Both the position numbers and the translations under genes were made by a program. From assembly GCF_000372725.1 (NCBI RefSeq), contig NW_005201269.1:310001-367524 (forward strand): a stretch of DNA of 57,524 nt, read 5' to 3'. A model generated the notes under the pieces. It did not search any database, was not told the origin of the DNA, and was given only the letters and a program-made list of their open reading frames with translations. Within the stretch, counting starts at the first letter, position 1. Each line of letters begins with the position of its first letter. This DNA is from Emiliania huxleyi CCMP1516. Lineage: Eukaryota. Positions 44,344 through 55,390 of this stretch are shown here, in pieces.

Positions 44344-46884
44344 ATGTGGGCCGGAGAGGAGGGCGAGATGTCCATGCTGCCGCCTGGCTCCTTCGAGCAG
44401 CAGCAGCAGCAGCTCGGGCACGACGCGCTCGCGGCCGTCTCCTCGGCGGCGGCGATGGCGGGCGTGCCCGACCCGGTAGGCGAGGCGATGGGCGGCATGG
44501 TGGGCGCGCTGGGCGACGCGACCGGCGCGGGCGGCGGCGGCATGGGCGGCGGCGGCGGCATGGGCGGGTGGAGCGGCGGCGACCCGCAGGAGCAGTTTTA
44601 TCACGCCGAGGGCATGCCGCCCGAGGCGTATGGGATGGGCATGCCGCCGCAGGCAATGCCCGAGGGTCCCTGTGTCACGATGGCCGCGCTCTCCATCCGG
44701 CAGCCCTTCGCCTCCCTTATCCTGTACGGCGTCAAGCAGCTCGAGGCGCGCACGCGGCCGACGCTCGAGCAAGACAAGACACTTCCTAGACACTACCTAG
44801 ACACTACCTCGACACTTCGTAGGCGCGCACGCGGCCGACGCTCAAGCAAGTGCAGGGCCCGCTGGCGGTCCACGTCTCCCATAAGGAAGAGCCGTACGAC
44901 TCGCACCTCGTCTCGATGGCAACTTCTCGGAGCCTTCTCGGAACCGTCTCGGAGCCTTCCGGCCTCAAGCCGCGGGGGGGGGGCGCTTAATAGGCGATTG
45001 CGATCCTCCGCCGCCGCTACCCCGACGAGGCCATCTCGCAGCTCTTCCAGCTCCCCGCCGCCATGGCGCAGGGACACGGGTGCGTCGTCGGCATCGTCGA
45101 CGTCGAGGCGCCGCCTCCCTCCTCCCTCCTCCCTCCTCCCTCCTCCCTCCTCCCTCCTCCCTCCTCCCTCCTCCCTCCTCCCTCCTCCCTCCTCCCTCCT
45201 CCCTCCTCCCTCCTCCNNNNNNNNNNNNNNNNNNNNNNNNNNNNNNNNNNNNNNNNNNNNNNNNNNNNNNNNNNNNNNNNNNNNNNNNNNNNNNNNNNNN
45301 NNNNNNNNNNNNNNNNNNNNNNNNNNNNNNNNNNNNNNNNNNNNNNNNNNNNNNNNNNNNNNNNNNNNNNNNNNNNNNNNNNNNNNNNNNNNNNNNNNNN
45401 NNNNNNNNNNNNNNNNNNNNNNNNNNNNNNNNNNNNNNNNNNNNNNNNNNNNNNNNNNNNNNNNNNNNNNNNNNNNNNNNNNNNNNNNNNNNNNNNNNNN
45501 NNNNNNNNNNNNNNNNNNNNNNNNNNNNNNNNNNNNNNNNNNNNNNNNNNNNNNNNNNNNNNNNNNNNNNNNNNNNNNNNNNNNNNNNNNNNNNNNNNNN
45601 NNNNNNNNNNNNNNNNNNNNNNNNNNNNNNNNNNNNNNNNNNNNNNNNNNNNNNNNNNNNNNNNNNNNNNNNNNNNNNNNNNNNNNNNNNNNNNNNNNNN
45701 NNNNNNNNNNNNNNNNNNNNNNNNNNNNNNNNNNNNNNNNNNNNNNNNNNNNNNNNNNNNNNNNNNNNNNNNNNNNNNNNNNNNNNNNNNNNNNNNNNNN
45801 NNNNNNNNNNNNNNNNNNNNNNNNNNNNNNNNNNNNNNNNNNNNNNNNNNNNNNNNNNNNNNNNNNNNNNNNNNNNNNNNNNNNNNNNNNNNNNNNNNNN
45901 NNNNNNNNNNNNNTTTTCCGAGGTCGAGCAGGCGCAGCTCACAGAGCAGGCTGTCTACCCCGCTGCGGCGACCTACCTGACCCAGCTGCGCTCCCCGCGC
46001 TGGCTCGCGTACCCCGTCCGCGCCACCGGCTCCAACAAGCTTTGGGAGGTGACGGTGCCCGTCGACGCATTGCCGAAGGGGACAGAGCTCGACGCGCGCG
46101 GGAACGTGCTCTACGTGCCTACCGCGACCAATGCGGACCGGTCCGCGTGCGGCGTCGGCGGCGGGGTCGGGGGCGGAGGCCTCGAGGGCGACGATGCGAT
46201 GCTGGGCATGCTCGGCGGCGACTTTGTGCGCCAGCTTGGGGGCGGGGGCGACGGGCTCGGCGAGAGCGAGAAGCGGAAGAAGAAGCTGCACAAGGCGCTG
46301 CGACAAATCGAGGAGCTCAAGGCGAAGAAGGCGCAGGGCTTGGCGCTCGAGAAGACGCAGGCAGTAGTAGTAGCAGCAGCAGCAGCAGCAGCACCACCAC
46401 CAGCAGCACCAGCAGCAGCAGCAGTAGGGCTTGGCGCTCGAGAAGACGCAGGCGAGCGCCCTTCTGAGCCCGCTCGGCGCCGCAACCGGGGGGAGGGGGG
46501 GGGGGGGTTACGGGGGAGGGCTTCGGGGAGGGCTAGGGCGGCGCCACGCGCCCCTCGCTGCCACACACACGCCCTCGCTGCCCCGCAGCCCCCCCCCACC
46601 CGGACGGGGCAGTGCTTCGGCGGTCACCGGACGCTCTCTCTCGGCCGACACAGGAGTCCAAGATCGAGCGCGAGGAGGAGCTGCTCGAGCAGCTGGCCGC
46701 ACTCGAGGCGGAGGCGCAGGGGGGGTCGCCGCAGGAGGAGGCCGCCGGCCTCGCGCCGCCCGGCATGCTCGCCCAGGACCCGCTCGGCTTGCCTCCGATG
46801 CCGGCGACGGGCATGCCCGCCGACGGCCTCCTCCATGCCGGAGGCATGCCGCCGATGCCGTCCGACATGGTGGCGGGTCTGTGA
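44344..46884 (+). CDS. EOLA1/CXorf40-type ASCH-domain protein with C-terminal PYM/eIF2A-like helical tail; multi-exon, spans a gap
   Basis: ALSIRQPFASLILYGVKQLEAR, LAVHVS, GCVVGIVDV, LRSPRWL...GSNKLWEV; KKKLHKALRQIEELK...LEKTQESKIEREEEL. Confidence 0.8.
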
Positions 46885-47191
46885 GCTGGCGGCGGAGAGC
46901 TGGCGGCGGAGAGGCGCGCGTGGGAGAGCGCCGCACTCCGACTCGCGCGGCGGGAACGCAAAAGGGGAGGGAGGGGGAGGAGAGGGGCACGCGCGGGCCA
47001 CGCGCACACTATCGAGCGAGGGAGCGAGACACACCGCCGCGGTGGCAATTAAAAGTATGAGAAACTACGCTATATTTAAGCACAGACTACTCAAGGACAA
47101 GGTTCGAAAGCTCCCCCCTGAGGAGCTGAGCCCTCGCTGTGGCCTGCGTGAGATGGTCTCTGCACTCACTTCACACTTGAAACTCACTCAT

Positions 47192-47785
47192 TCACGATTC
47201 AGCCGGTCCGACCTCCGACTGCCCGTCGTCGGAGCTCTGCGAAAATAGCCTCTCCAGGGCCCGCCTCGACTCATCTACACTCGGGTCCTCCTCGCCCAGC
47301 GCCGCACCCTCCTCGCTCGCACCCGGGGACCACGCAAACGTTCCTACGTTTGCCTCGGGTGGCAGCACAACCTGCCCGCTGCGGACGAGGCCGAGGGAGA
47401 AGCCTCCCTCGTCGCAAAATTCGAGGAGCGTCGAAGTGTCCATCGCCACCCGCGTCGCCTCCGGGAAGTCCTGCGCCGCGAGCAGTGTTGCATACCGCTC
47501 GGCACCCTCCTCGTCCTCAAAGCAGAGAACTAGCTCGGAGCTGCCGCTGCTGCGGCTGTAGATGCCCTCGTTATCGCTGCGCGGGTTGAATATGAGCGCC
47601 CACACACGACGCACGCTCTCCACCTCTGCACGATCGGTCGTGATTGCCGGCCCGCGCTCGGGAAGCTCAGGCAGCTCGCCGCAGGCGCGAATCGCCGCCC
47701 GCGTATCGCCGCAGGCGCGAATCGCTGCAGGCTGACAGAGGCCAGTACGGGAGATGGCGATGGCGAGAGGGAGTGCAAGGAGCAT
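47192..47785 (-). CDS. DUF3110 family protein, probably plastid-targeted
   Basis: LIFNPRSDNEGIYS...VLCFEDEEGAERYATLLAAQDFP...EFC...PPEANV; signal-like MLLALPLAIAIS (alternative ATG at 47818). Confidence 0.82.
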   Translation of the reverse strand: MLLALPLAIAISRTGLCQPAAIRACGDTRAAIRACGELPELPERGPAITTDRAEVESVRRVWALIFNPRSDNEGIYSRSSGSSELVLCFEDEEGAERYATLLAAQDFPEATRVAMDTSTLLEFCDEGGFSLGLVRSGQVVLPPEANVGTFAWSPGASEEGAALGEEDPSVDESRRALERLFSQSSDDGQSEVGPAES

Positions 47786-48083
47786 ACTACAGGTGAGGGC
47801 CAGTGAGGGCGAGCCCATCGCTGTCACAGCTGTCAGCCGCTGCTTGGTGTCTGCGCGGACCCTGGGACGCCGGACCGCGGAGCGCTCGCTTGATAAGCTG
47901 TGGTCCGCTGTTTTCACGGTGCTCAGCACGCCCCTCGGTTAAGCTGCGGTGCAAAACTCTGTTTACCACCTTCAAGCACACCCCCAAGACTCCCCAAAAC
48001 CGCCCAGGATGAGCTCCTGAGGTGCCAGTCCGCCCGAGATATCTCTTAAGTGTGAGACGCAGTTGTTTTGTTTAAACTCTTAA

Positions 48084-48975
48084 GTGGCGGCCAGAAGATC
48101 CGCCCTGGGATCTTCGGCGCAGGGCGCCGTCACCGGCCCCATGAGCCCCCTACGAGGCCATTCAGTGCTCATGTGGCACGACCTGAGCAGGCCTAGCAAT
48201 GCCTCGGGCCGAGCGGCGCCCAGAATTGTTGGTGCTGGCCAGCAACGTGGCCGGCGAGTGCCGTCGTTGCATTGGTGGCGACCACCGCTGAAGCGGTCAG
48301 CAGGTGGGAAGGCATCGCTCTCTTTGTGAGGGTATTGTACGTATTCATTGTCTGGTCAATACTTCTGCCTGGGTGGCACCTGTGTGCCCAACATGGCGAC
48401 CCGTGGCCTCCCTCGTGAGTCCACCTCGCGCTGATCATTCTCGTCGCTAGCTCAAGCCGAAAAAGTGGTCCACCGACACCAGGAGGAGTACAACCATCAT
48501 GGCCGCAGCCTCAGACTGACCGGGTTAGGTCATCTTACCGGCTTGGTGGCCCAGAAGCGCGACATTTGCTGCCCGCAGAGCGCTAGCAGCCCACTAGCCG
48601 GCACGTCTGTGCGTCGTGCGGGGCTGAACTTCAGGCACTCTGCACGCGGCTTGTCGTCTAGAATAGCTCAACCCCGGCCAGTGAGTGATGGATCTGATCA
48701 TAATCAATCCCTACTGTGCTGGGGGGCTCTCAGATCAGCCGTTCAGAGCTCTGACATTGGTTCCCGGCAGAAGATCCTCCAGAGGATCTTCTGCCGTCAG
48801 CCGAAAACCCGTTTTCAAACGAGACACAATGACCCAACAATGGCCCCCACGGCCCGCCCGGACATGCAGCCGACCCGGCTAGGCCAGCTGGGCCATCGGG
48901 GCGGCCACCAGCGGCCGTAGGACCGCGCTGCGGTGCCGAAAGGGGCTGGAAGATCCGCCCTGGGATCTTCGCCAC
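48084..48975. mobile_element. Candidate non-autonomous TIR element in a TTAA site, with GAAGATCC hairpins
   Basis: ctcTTAA|GTGGCG...CGCCAC|CTAAgag; hairpins at 48094-48115, 48765-48796 and 48949-48970. Confidence 0.5.
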
Positions 48976-51205
48976 CTAAGAGATGACCGGTTGAAGTTGG
49001 GGTTCCACGGTCAGGATAGAGGTGTCGAACTGGATGGGGGTCAGCCGGGGAGGCTGTTGTGGCGCACCGGACCGCCCCCCAGCACCGTGGCCCACCCAAC
49101 TGTATCCATGGGAGTCACAAACGGTGCTGCACTCGCGGCTGCAAGCACTCACGACACTCAAACCCACCACCTGCCTCCTACCCTGTACGAGGAGCCATTT
49201 CACCCGTGCAACATCTGCACAGGTGTACCGCCGACGCTCCAGCGCCCGGCCCCTACTAGAGTAGTCTTGTGGGACCCACAAACGACCAATACATCCACTC
49301 GGGGCTGCAGCATGTGTCCGGGGGGGCATCCCCGTGAAGCAGCCAGCAGGTGCCGGACATGGCGTTGGCCGTCTTGGACCGAGATCAGGGCGCAACTGCC
49401 TGTCTCATGGGGCTGAAGGACCGTCATGGGGTCGGCTTTGATGCTGCCAATCAGTCGGGTCGATAGGTGGCGCCCCAGCGAGATGCGTTGCGGGTGCTCG
49501 GCGTCGCCTGCTTGAGTGGCCTAAACGCACTCGCGGGAGCCAGAGAGCAAAGGTGTGCGCGAATTGAGGCTTCTGAGCAAGCCCAGGCAAGCCACAGGAC
49601 CGGCCATGTGCGTGGGTAGTCGAGCGGTGGCCGGAGGCAGCCTCCAGGAGTGGCTCTCAGTTCGACACCTCGGTCTCGACCACGCCCAGACTGGGAGCGG
49701 ACCACAGCTTATTTCTTGTACTCGAGTATCGTAGTTGGCCCCGCCCTCGACGAGCGCGTCAGAGTACTCACGCCGGACAAAAAGCGGGGACACAGCGGGG
49801 GGGGCAATGCGGGGTGGTACGGCTGCGGGGGGCCGCAGGCGGGGGATCAGAGTCCGCTCCCTTTAAGAATTAAACTCTCTGATCGCACACAGGTCGCAAC
49901 GAGAAGAAAGCTCCTTTAGGCATTCGTGGCATCCTATGGCGTATGGGTCTTCCAGAGTATCGACCTCTGGCGAGTCAGCCAGCCCCACTTTGAGGGCGCC
50001 ATGAAGTACAGCGATCGCCACCTCGCTGGCCTCTCCGCAAGGCCTCCCGACCGCGTCGAACTCATGGGACATGGCGCGGGGGCTCTCTCGGCTACGGGAC
50101 CGGCCCCAGCTTCGGCTGAGGGCTGACAAGCTGCCGAGCCCAAATCACTGTGCGAGTCGTGATTTCTTCTCTGGGCCGGCGCGGGGGCCCCAGAGGGTGT
50201 CCATGCGGGGGGGAGATGGGGTCCCATGGCCCGCCGCAGGCGCCGATTTTTTTGGATTGTTTTTCTTTTTTGGAGTTTTTTACTTGTTTTCATGGGAATT
50301 CGGCGTACTTGCGGCCATGCTATCACGCCTTGCGACAGCCTGTCGGCGCAGCTGACCGTGCCATGATGCACAATTGATCACCTGCATAGCTCGCGGCCTT
50401 AGTATCAAGCATTCAGTGACGACCTGATCGTACGGCCAGTAGGAAGGTGTCCTTCCATCGTGTGCACGCTTCTGGCGCAATGCGCGTCACCTCGGATTGG
50501 CTGCTGGCACTCTCGAGGCTATGCCTACACAGCCTCGCGCGCATGGGCAGTCAAGAGGGACCACGCACCTTCTCAGGACAGCGCCGGTGCCTCTCTCTTG
50601 GACCGGCAAACGTGGTGGTATCGTGTCACCAATGTGGGACCAGTGCGGCATCGCGCCATCGACAGCTCTGAACTGGCCAGCACAGGTCGCACATTGTGGC
50701 AGCAGTCAGCAGTGCATGGCTGATAGCTAGAGCAGCAGCGTCAGGGTCGCAGGGTCGGATCGTGTCAAGCCTCTCGCCCGGCCGGCCGCGTGCAGACGTC
50801 GGCCTGTCTGCTGTCTGGAGTGATCTGTCGGCGGTCAGTACGACCGATCAGGTCGGAGATTTCTGATGGTTGGAGGGTCTATCTGTATGTACTCCTCGAG
50901 ATCTTTCCAAATCTGCCCTCTACTTAACCGTACTTAATCGGGAAGTTGGTGCTAGTGGAGACTAGTGGAGCCGGGGCCCCGTTTTCGCACTGCGGCGCGG
51001 CGCACGGTGCCTCCGGGGGGCCCCGCGCCGGCCCAGAGGATTTCTTGTTGGTTTTCTAAAAATCTCTCTCTCAGGTCGGCAGGTCGCGGCTCAAAAGACG
51101 AAGAATTTTACAATAAATAAATAAATAAAAAACGGACACCTCTCTACTGTGAGATGGGTGTAAAAAGGAACAGGCCAAGAATTTTACAACGAAGAAACCC
51201 GTCGC

Positions 51206-53039
51206 TCATATTACTTCCAGCCGCCGGTCCGCGTACCCGAAGCGCGCCTTGTGGTCATCGAAGAGCCGCGTCAGTGCCTCGACGTACAGCGCGTGGTACG
51301 CCGTCACCTGCTCGGCGGTCGGCTCGGCGATGCGCGGCAGTTGCAGCGGCGCGCCGACGACGGTGTGGACGGCGACGTCGGCACGCGGGAGGAGCGGGCA
51401 CCACCACGCTCCGTAGAAGAGGGGCACCACGAAGCCGCACCTGCGCGCGCACTCATGGCTGTAAAGACGGCGCCGGGGTGTGAAGAGCCGCATGGCGACG
51501 GCCGAACCTGCGCAGCAGCCACATGCGCAGCCTTTTCCCGGCGCCGACGGAGCGGTAGAGGTCGCACTCGCCAAAGGTGTACGCGAGAAGGAGGAGGTAG
51601 CCTACTACTCGCCGCTAAGTCCTGGCGCCGTGCGGGGGCGCGCGACATGGAGCGCCGAAGCGGTGGCATGGGGCGTGGAAGTGGGCCGTGGCGCTCGCTC
51701 GCCGGCAAGGCGAAGCGGCACCTGTGTCCCGACCCCGCTAGTTTGGCAGATTTCGCTTCTAGTCCGCTCGTCGCCGTGCTGCAGCGCGTACTTGATGAAG
51801 CCCTTCCTCCTCTTGAGGTAGACGCGCTCGCGACCAAACTCGAACAGGGCGACCTCCTCCATCCCGCCCGGCAGGATGCCAAAGTCGGAGCGCTGCCGGA
51901 ACAAGCCAAACATGCCCTGCGCGCCGTCCGCAGGGGAGGCACCGACGAGGTCACCCGCTGCGGCGCGTCGCGTGAGAGGCCTCGGGAGCGGTGGGCGGCG
52001 GTGCGGCGGCGGCGCGGCGGCGGCGCGGGGGCGAGGGCGGGCGGCGGTGGCAGGGCTCGATGCGCCTCCTTGGTGGCGGGCGTGCAGCAGCCGAAGAGGA
52101 GCATCATCGGCCGCACGAGCGGCAGCCGAAAGAGGAGCGGCGCCTGGAGGAGGGTTCCGAGAGGGTTCCGAGAGGGCTCCGAGAGGGCCCGGGGACTCTT
52201 CCAGGCACGAGGGGCGGCAGGGAAGAGGAGCGGCGCCTGGACGCCAGAGATGCGCGCGAGGCGCTCGTCGGAGAGGAGCGAGGTCACCTCGGCCGGCAGG
52301 TACAGGTCCGGCCGCTTGGCCTACACCGCAGGGCCGGACGTGTGCGCCGCCTCACTGCCAACCGTTCCGCGCCGCCGTGCCGTCGAAGAATCGCCTTGAA
52401 TCGGACGGCGCCGTTGAGCGTGAAGCCGAAGCCGACGGACGTGCCATGGGGGTGCATGCACCTGCGGAAGGAGGAGGTGTGATGGCCTCCGCACAGAGAG
52501 AGAGGGGTCGGCGGCCAGCGCGAGGCTCGTAACACCACATGCTGCCGTCGTCGGCTTGCATCACGTCCATCACGCGCCTGGAGGAAGGTTGAGAGACGGT
52601 TCCGAGAAGATTCCGAGGTGAGTCCAGCGTTACAAGGCCACACGCGCCGCTCGACCCAAAAGGAAACGCCGTGGCGCAGGAAGCCGGCCGCTTGGAGGTA
52701 GAGCCGAGCCGCCAGCGCGCTCTCGCGCACAGGCAGCAGGGCGGAGGCAAGAATTACGGCGGCCAGCGCCGCGGCGAGGTGCAGCCTCCCGGACCAAAGG
52801 GCGTGAAGAAGCGCGAGAGGAAGGGACGGGCCGACGAGGAGGATCGAGAGCACGCAGATGATTGCGATAGCGCCACGGACCCGGCTTGAGCCACGAAGCG
52901 TGTGACCGATGAGGTCCGTGCTGCCCCCAACCACGGCCGCCGAACGCGCCGCTGGAGAGAGAGAGCTGCTGGTGCCAGCCGGAAGCTCGTCGATCTCTAT
53001 CGTGCGCAGCCGGCGCACTGGACGCGATACGGGAGGCAT
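51206..53039 (-). CDS. Diacylglycerol/monoacylglycerol acyltransferase, DGAT2 family, multi-exon
   Basis: HPHG motif; ILPGGMEE...RVYLKRRKGFIKYALQHG; YTFGE; VHTVVGAPL...YHALYVEALTRLFDDHKARFG. Confidence 0.92.
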
Positions 53040-53507
53040 ATCAGCTCAGCTTGGCTAGCGGACGAAGGGGTCGAGCGCCGAGGGGTGCGTGTATGTGGGT
53101 CACACTACTCTGCAAGGGGCCCCTCCCTCCTCTCGCCCGCCTTCATAGCGCGAGAGGGTCTCGAAGAAGAGGAGGTAGTTGAATTGAGAAATGCGCTCCT
53201 CTTGCGAGACAAACAAATCGGCCACGAGGCCTGGGCGGCCGCCGCGCTCGGCGGCGGCCGCGCCTGACATGCGTGGTGAGGGGGGAGGTGCTGCTCCCTA
53301 CCCTAATTTTTCACCGATAGGTTGGTCGGGGCACCGTTCCGCCCCGGAGGGCGCGAGGGCGGATCCTTCGCGAGGTTTGGCAGCCCCAGACCCTAGACGC
53401 TAAGAGTTTCTTTGGTAGCCCCTCTGGCGGCTTGGCGCCCGACTCTCGAGTACTAGATACGGCGAGCGACGGGTGGTCACCAGAATCGCCCGCCGGCGTC
53501 TTCTTAT

Positions 53508-54065
53508 ATGCATCGTCGCACCATCTGCACTTCGAGCAGGGCGCTCGAGTACACGGTCAGCCACCTCGTAATGCACAATCCGCCAGCAATGCGCGCTCCG
53601 GCGATGCCCAGCGGTGCCACACTTCTGTGCTCCAATGCACCGAGCATCCCGCCCTGGTACTTCCGTGCGCTCTATCGAGAGGTGGGTCGGGCTCACGAAT
53701 GGACGGACTGGTTGCGCCGCTCGGACGCGGAGCTCGAGTCTTTTGTCACTGCTCCGGGCACGATCCTGACTACGCTCCTGCTCGATGGCGCCCCGCGTGG
53801 CTTTTATATGCTGCGATGCGAGCAGGCGAGTGCCGAGCTTCTCTATTTTGGATTGACGCCCGATGCCCTTGGGCGGCAGCTGGGCGGCCCGCTCCTCCGG
53901 CATGCCGTGCAAGCCGCGTGGGAGGAGCCGAGGCTGCAAGCGCTGCACGTGAACACAAACACGCTCGATCATCCGAACGCGCTTCCTCTCTACAAGAGCG
54001 TGGGATTCAAGGTGGAGCGGGTGGAAAGGTGCTGGCGTGACCCGCAGAGCGAGTCTGAAAAGTAA
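53508..54065 (+). CDS. GNAT-family acetyltransferase, bacterial type, intronless
   Basis: YFRALYREVG...W; YFGLTPDALGRQLGGPLL (motif A); TNTLDHPNALPLYKSVGF (motif B). Confidence 0.87.
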   Translation: MHRRTICTSSRALEYTVSHLVMHNPPAMRAPAMPSGATLLCSNAPSIPPWYFRALYREVGRAHEWTDWLRRSDAELESFVTAPGTILTTLLLDGAPRGFYMLRCEQASAELLYFGLTPDALGRQLGGPLLRHAVQAAWEEPRLQALHVNTNTLDHPNALPLYKSVGFKVERVERCWRDPQSESEK

Positions 54066-54295
54066 GCAGCGAGTGACACTCGGGGCATGCCGCATATCTC
54101 CGATCCGGTGGATCGTCGCCCGGCGCTCCCGCTTCCCCCTATCCCGGGGATGGCATCCGCGCGAGAGGCCGCCGCGAGTGGCGGTCTGGCGGATAGACAT
54201 AGCGAGCCGGTGCGTGCTGTGTCAGCTGATGGGGAAAAAGAAACGAGGAAAGAAGCGCGGGGTTCGAGAGACGCACTCGCAATCAAACCCTCGAC

Positions 54296-55126
54296 TCAAC
54301 AGCACGCGCAAGACGCCCGGATGGCGCGCAAGAGGTCCGGCACTCCGGTGTACCTGTCGACCGCCCCGCCCCAGCTGACATTGTGCCCGTCGTCGACGCA
54401 GGCCTGCACCACGAGCGCGTACCGCACCGCGCCGCCCTCGCCGCGCCCGCCCTCGAGCTCCGCCTCCACCGTCGCCGCAGGGTCGAGCCCGAGCAGCAGC
54501 CGCGAGAGCTCCTCGAGCTTGCCGCGCGCGAGGCGCTCGTCCTCGGCGGCGGCGGCGGCGCGCCGCGCGCGGAGCTGCTCGAGCGCCTCGCCTCGCCGCT
54601 CGAGCAGGCCGGCCCACGCCTCGTAGTCCCGCGCCGGCCACCCCGCGGCAGCGGGCAGAGGCGTGCCGTCGCCGAGCGCTCCGCCGGGCTGCGGGCAGGG
54701 AGGCGCAGCGTCGGCGCGGTCGAGCTCGAGCTCGATTGCGCCCGACTCGGCCTCGTACGCGCACCGCGCCAGCTGCTCGACGTGGCCACGAGGCAGCAGC
54801 ACCCGGACCGGGCAGGCGCGCCGCAAGTCGAGAGCGAGCACCGCCCGGCGGGCTGCCCGCGCGTCCTCGGCCCAGAGCAGGACGATGCGTGGGCTGCTGC
54901 CGCCGTCGGCCGCGTCGTCGCTGCGGCAGGGAGAGCGCCACGCGACCCAGCGCGGCTCTGAAGCACAGCGAGAGCTCTCGGAGAGCTGCATCGCGGCGTG
55001 CTCGGCGAGCCACTCGCCCTGCAGCAGCCCGCGCTCGGCTAGGAGGCTGCTCAGGCGGTCCAGCTTGCGCTCGTGGAGGAAGCGGCGCAGCCGAGGCGAG
55101 GAGGTGGCTACGTGCACCTTCGACAT
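54296..55126 (-). CDS. Hypothetical protein (276 aa)
   Basis: ATG-initiated ORF with coding-like composition; no family recognised. Confidence 0.6.
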   Translation of the reverse strand: MSKVHVATSSPRLRRFLHERKLDRLSSLLAERGLLQGEWLAEHAAMQLSESSRCASEPRWVAWRSPCRSDDAADGGSSPRIVLLWAEDARAARRAVLALDLRRACPVRVLLPRGHVEQLARCAYEAESGAIELELDRADAAPPCPQPGGALGDGTPLPAAAGWPARDYEAWAGLLERRGEALEQLRARRAAAAAEDERLARGKLEELSRLLLGLDPAATVEAELEGGRGEGGAVRYALVVQACVDDGHNVSWGGAVDRYTGVPDLLRAIRASCACC

Positions 55127-55390
55127 GGCGCCAAGAGCGATAGCGTGGCGAGACCGCCTAAGGGCTGCTACGAGGGCGTCCGTTCACGTCCGTTCACAGC
55201 CTTGTTTTGAGAAGAAAATACTTCGAAGGAGCTGGATCGAGGTGCACGCTGCAGGAGCAGTGTCGTCCCCCCTCTCCCCGACGGCGGTGGCGGTGTGACC
55301 GATCGAGCTACAAGAGGAACTTGTTCAGCAGGATCCGGAGTGGCCAGATGCACTACCTCACTGGGCCTGAGACCATCCACGACGCATCCA

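Noticed and set aside
45113..45913. Long ORFs through the N gap
   Set aside because: Artefacts of N translation and an intronic C/T microsatellite.
48980..50800. Retroelement or Fanzor/TnpB coding region
   Set aside because: Only short ORFs; no RT, integrase, tyrosine recombinase or RuvC motifs recognisable.
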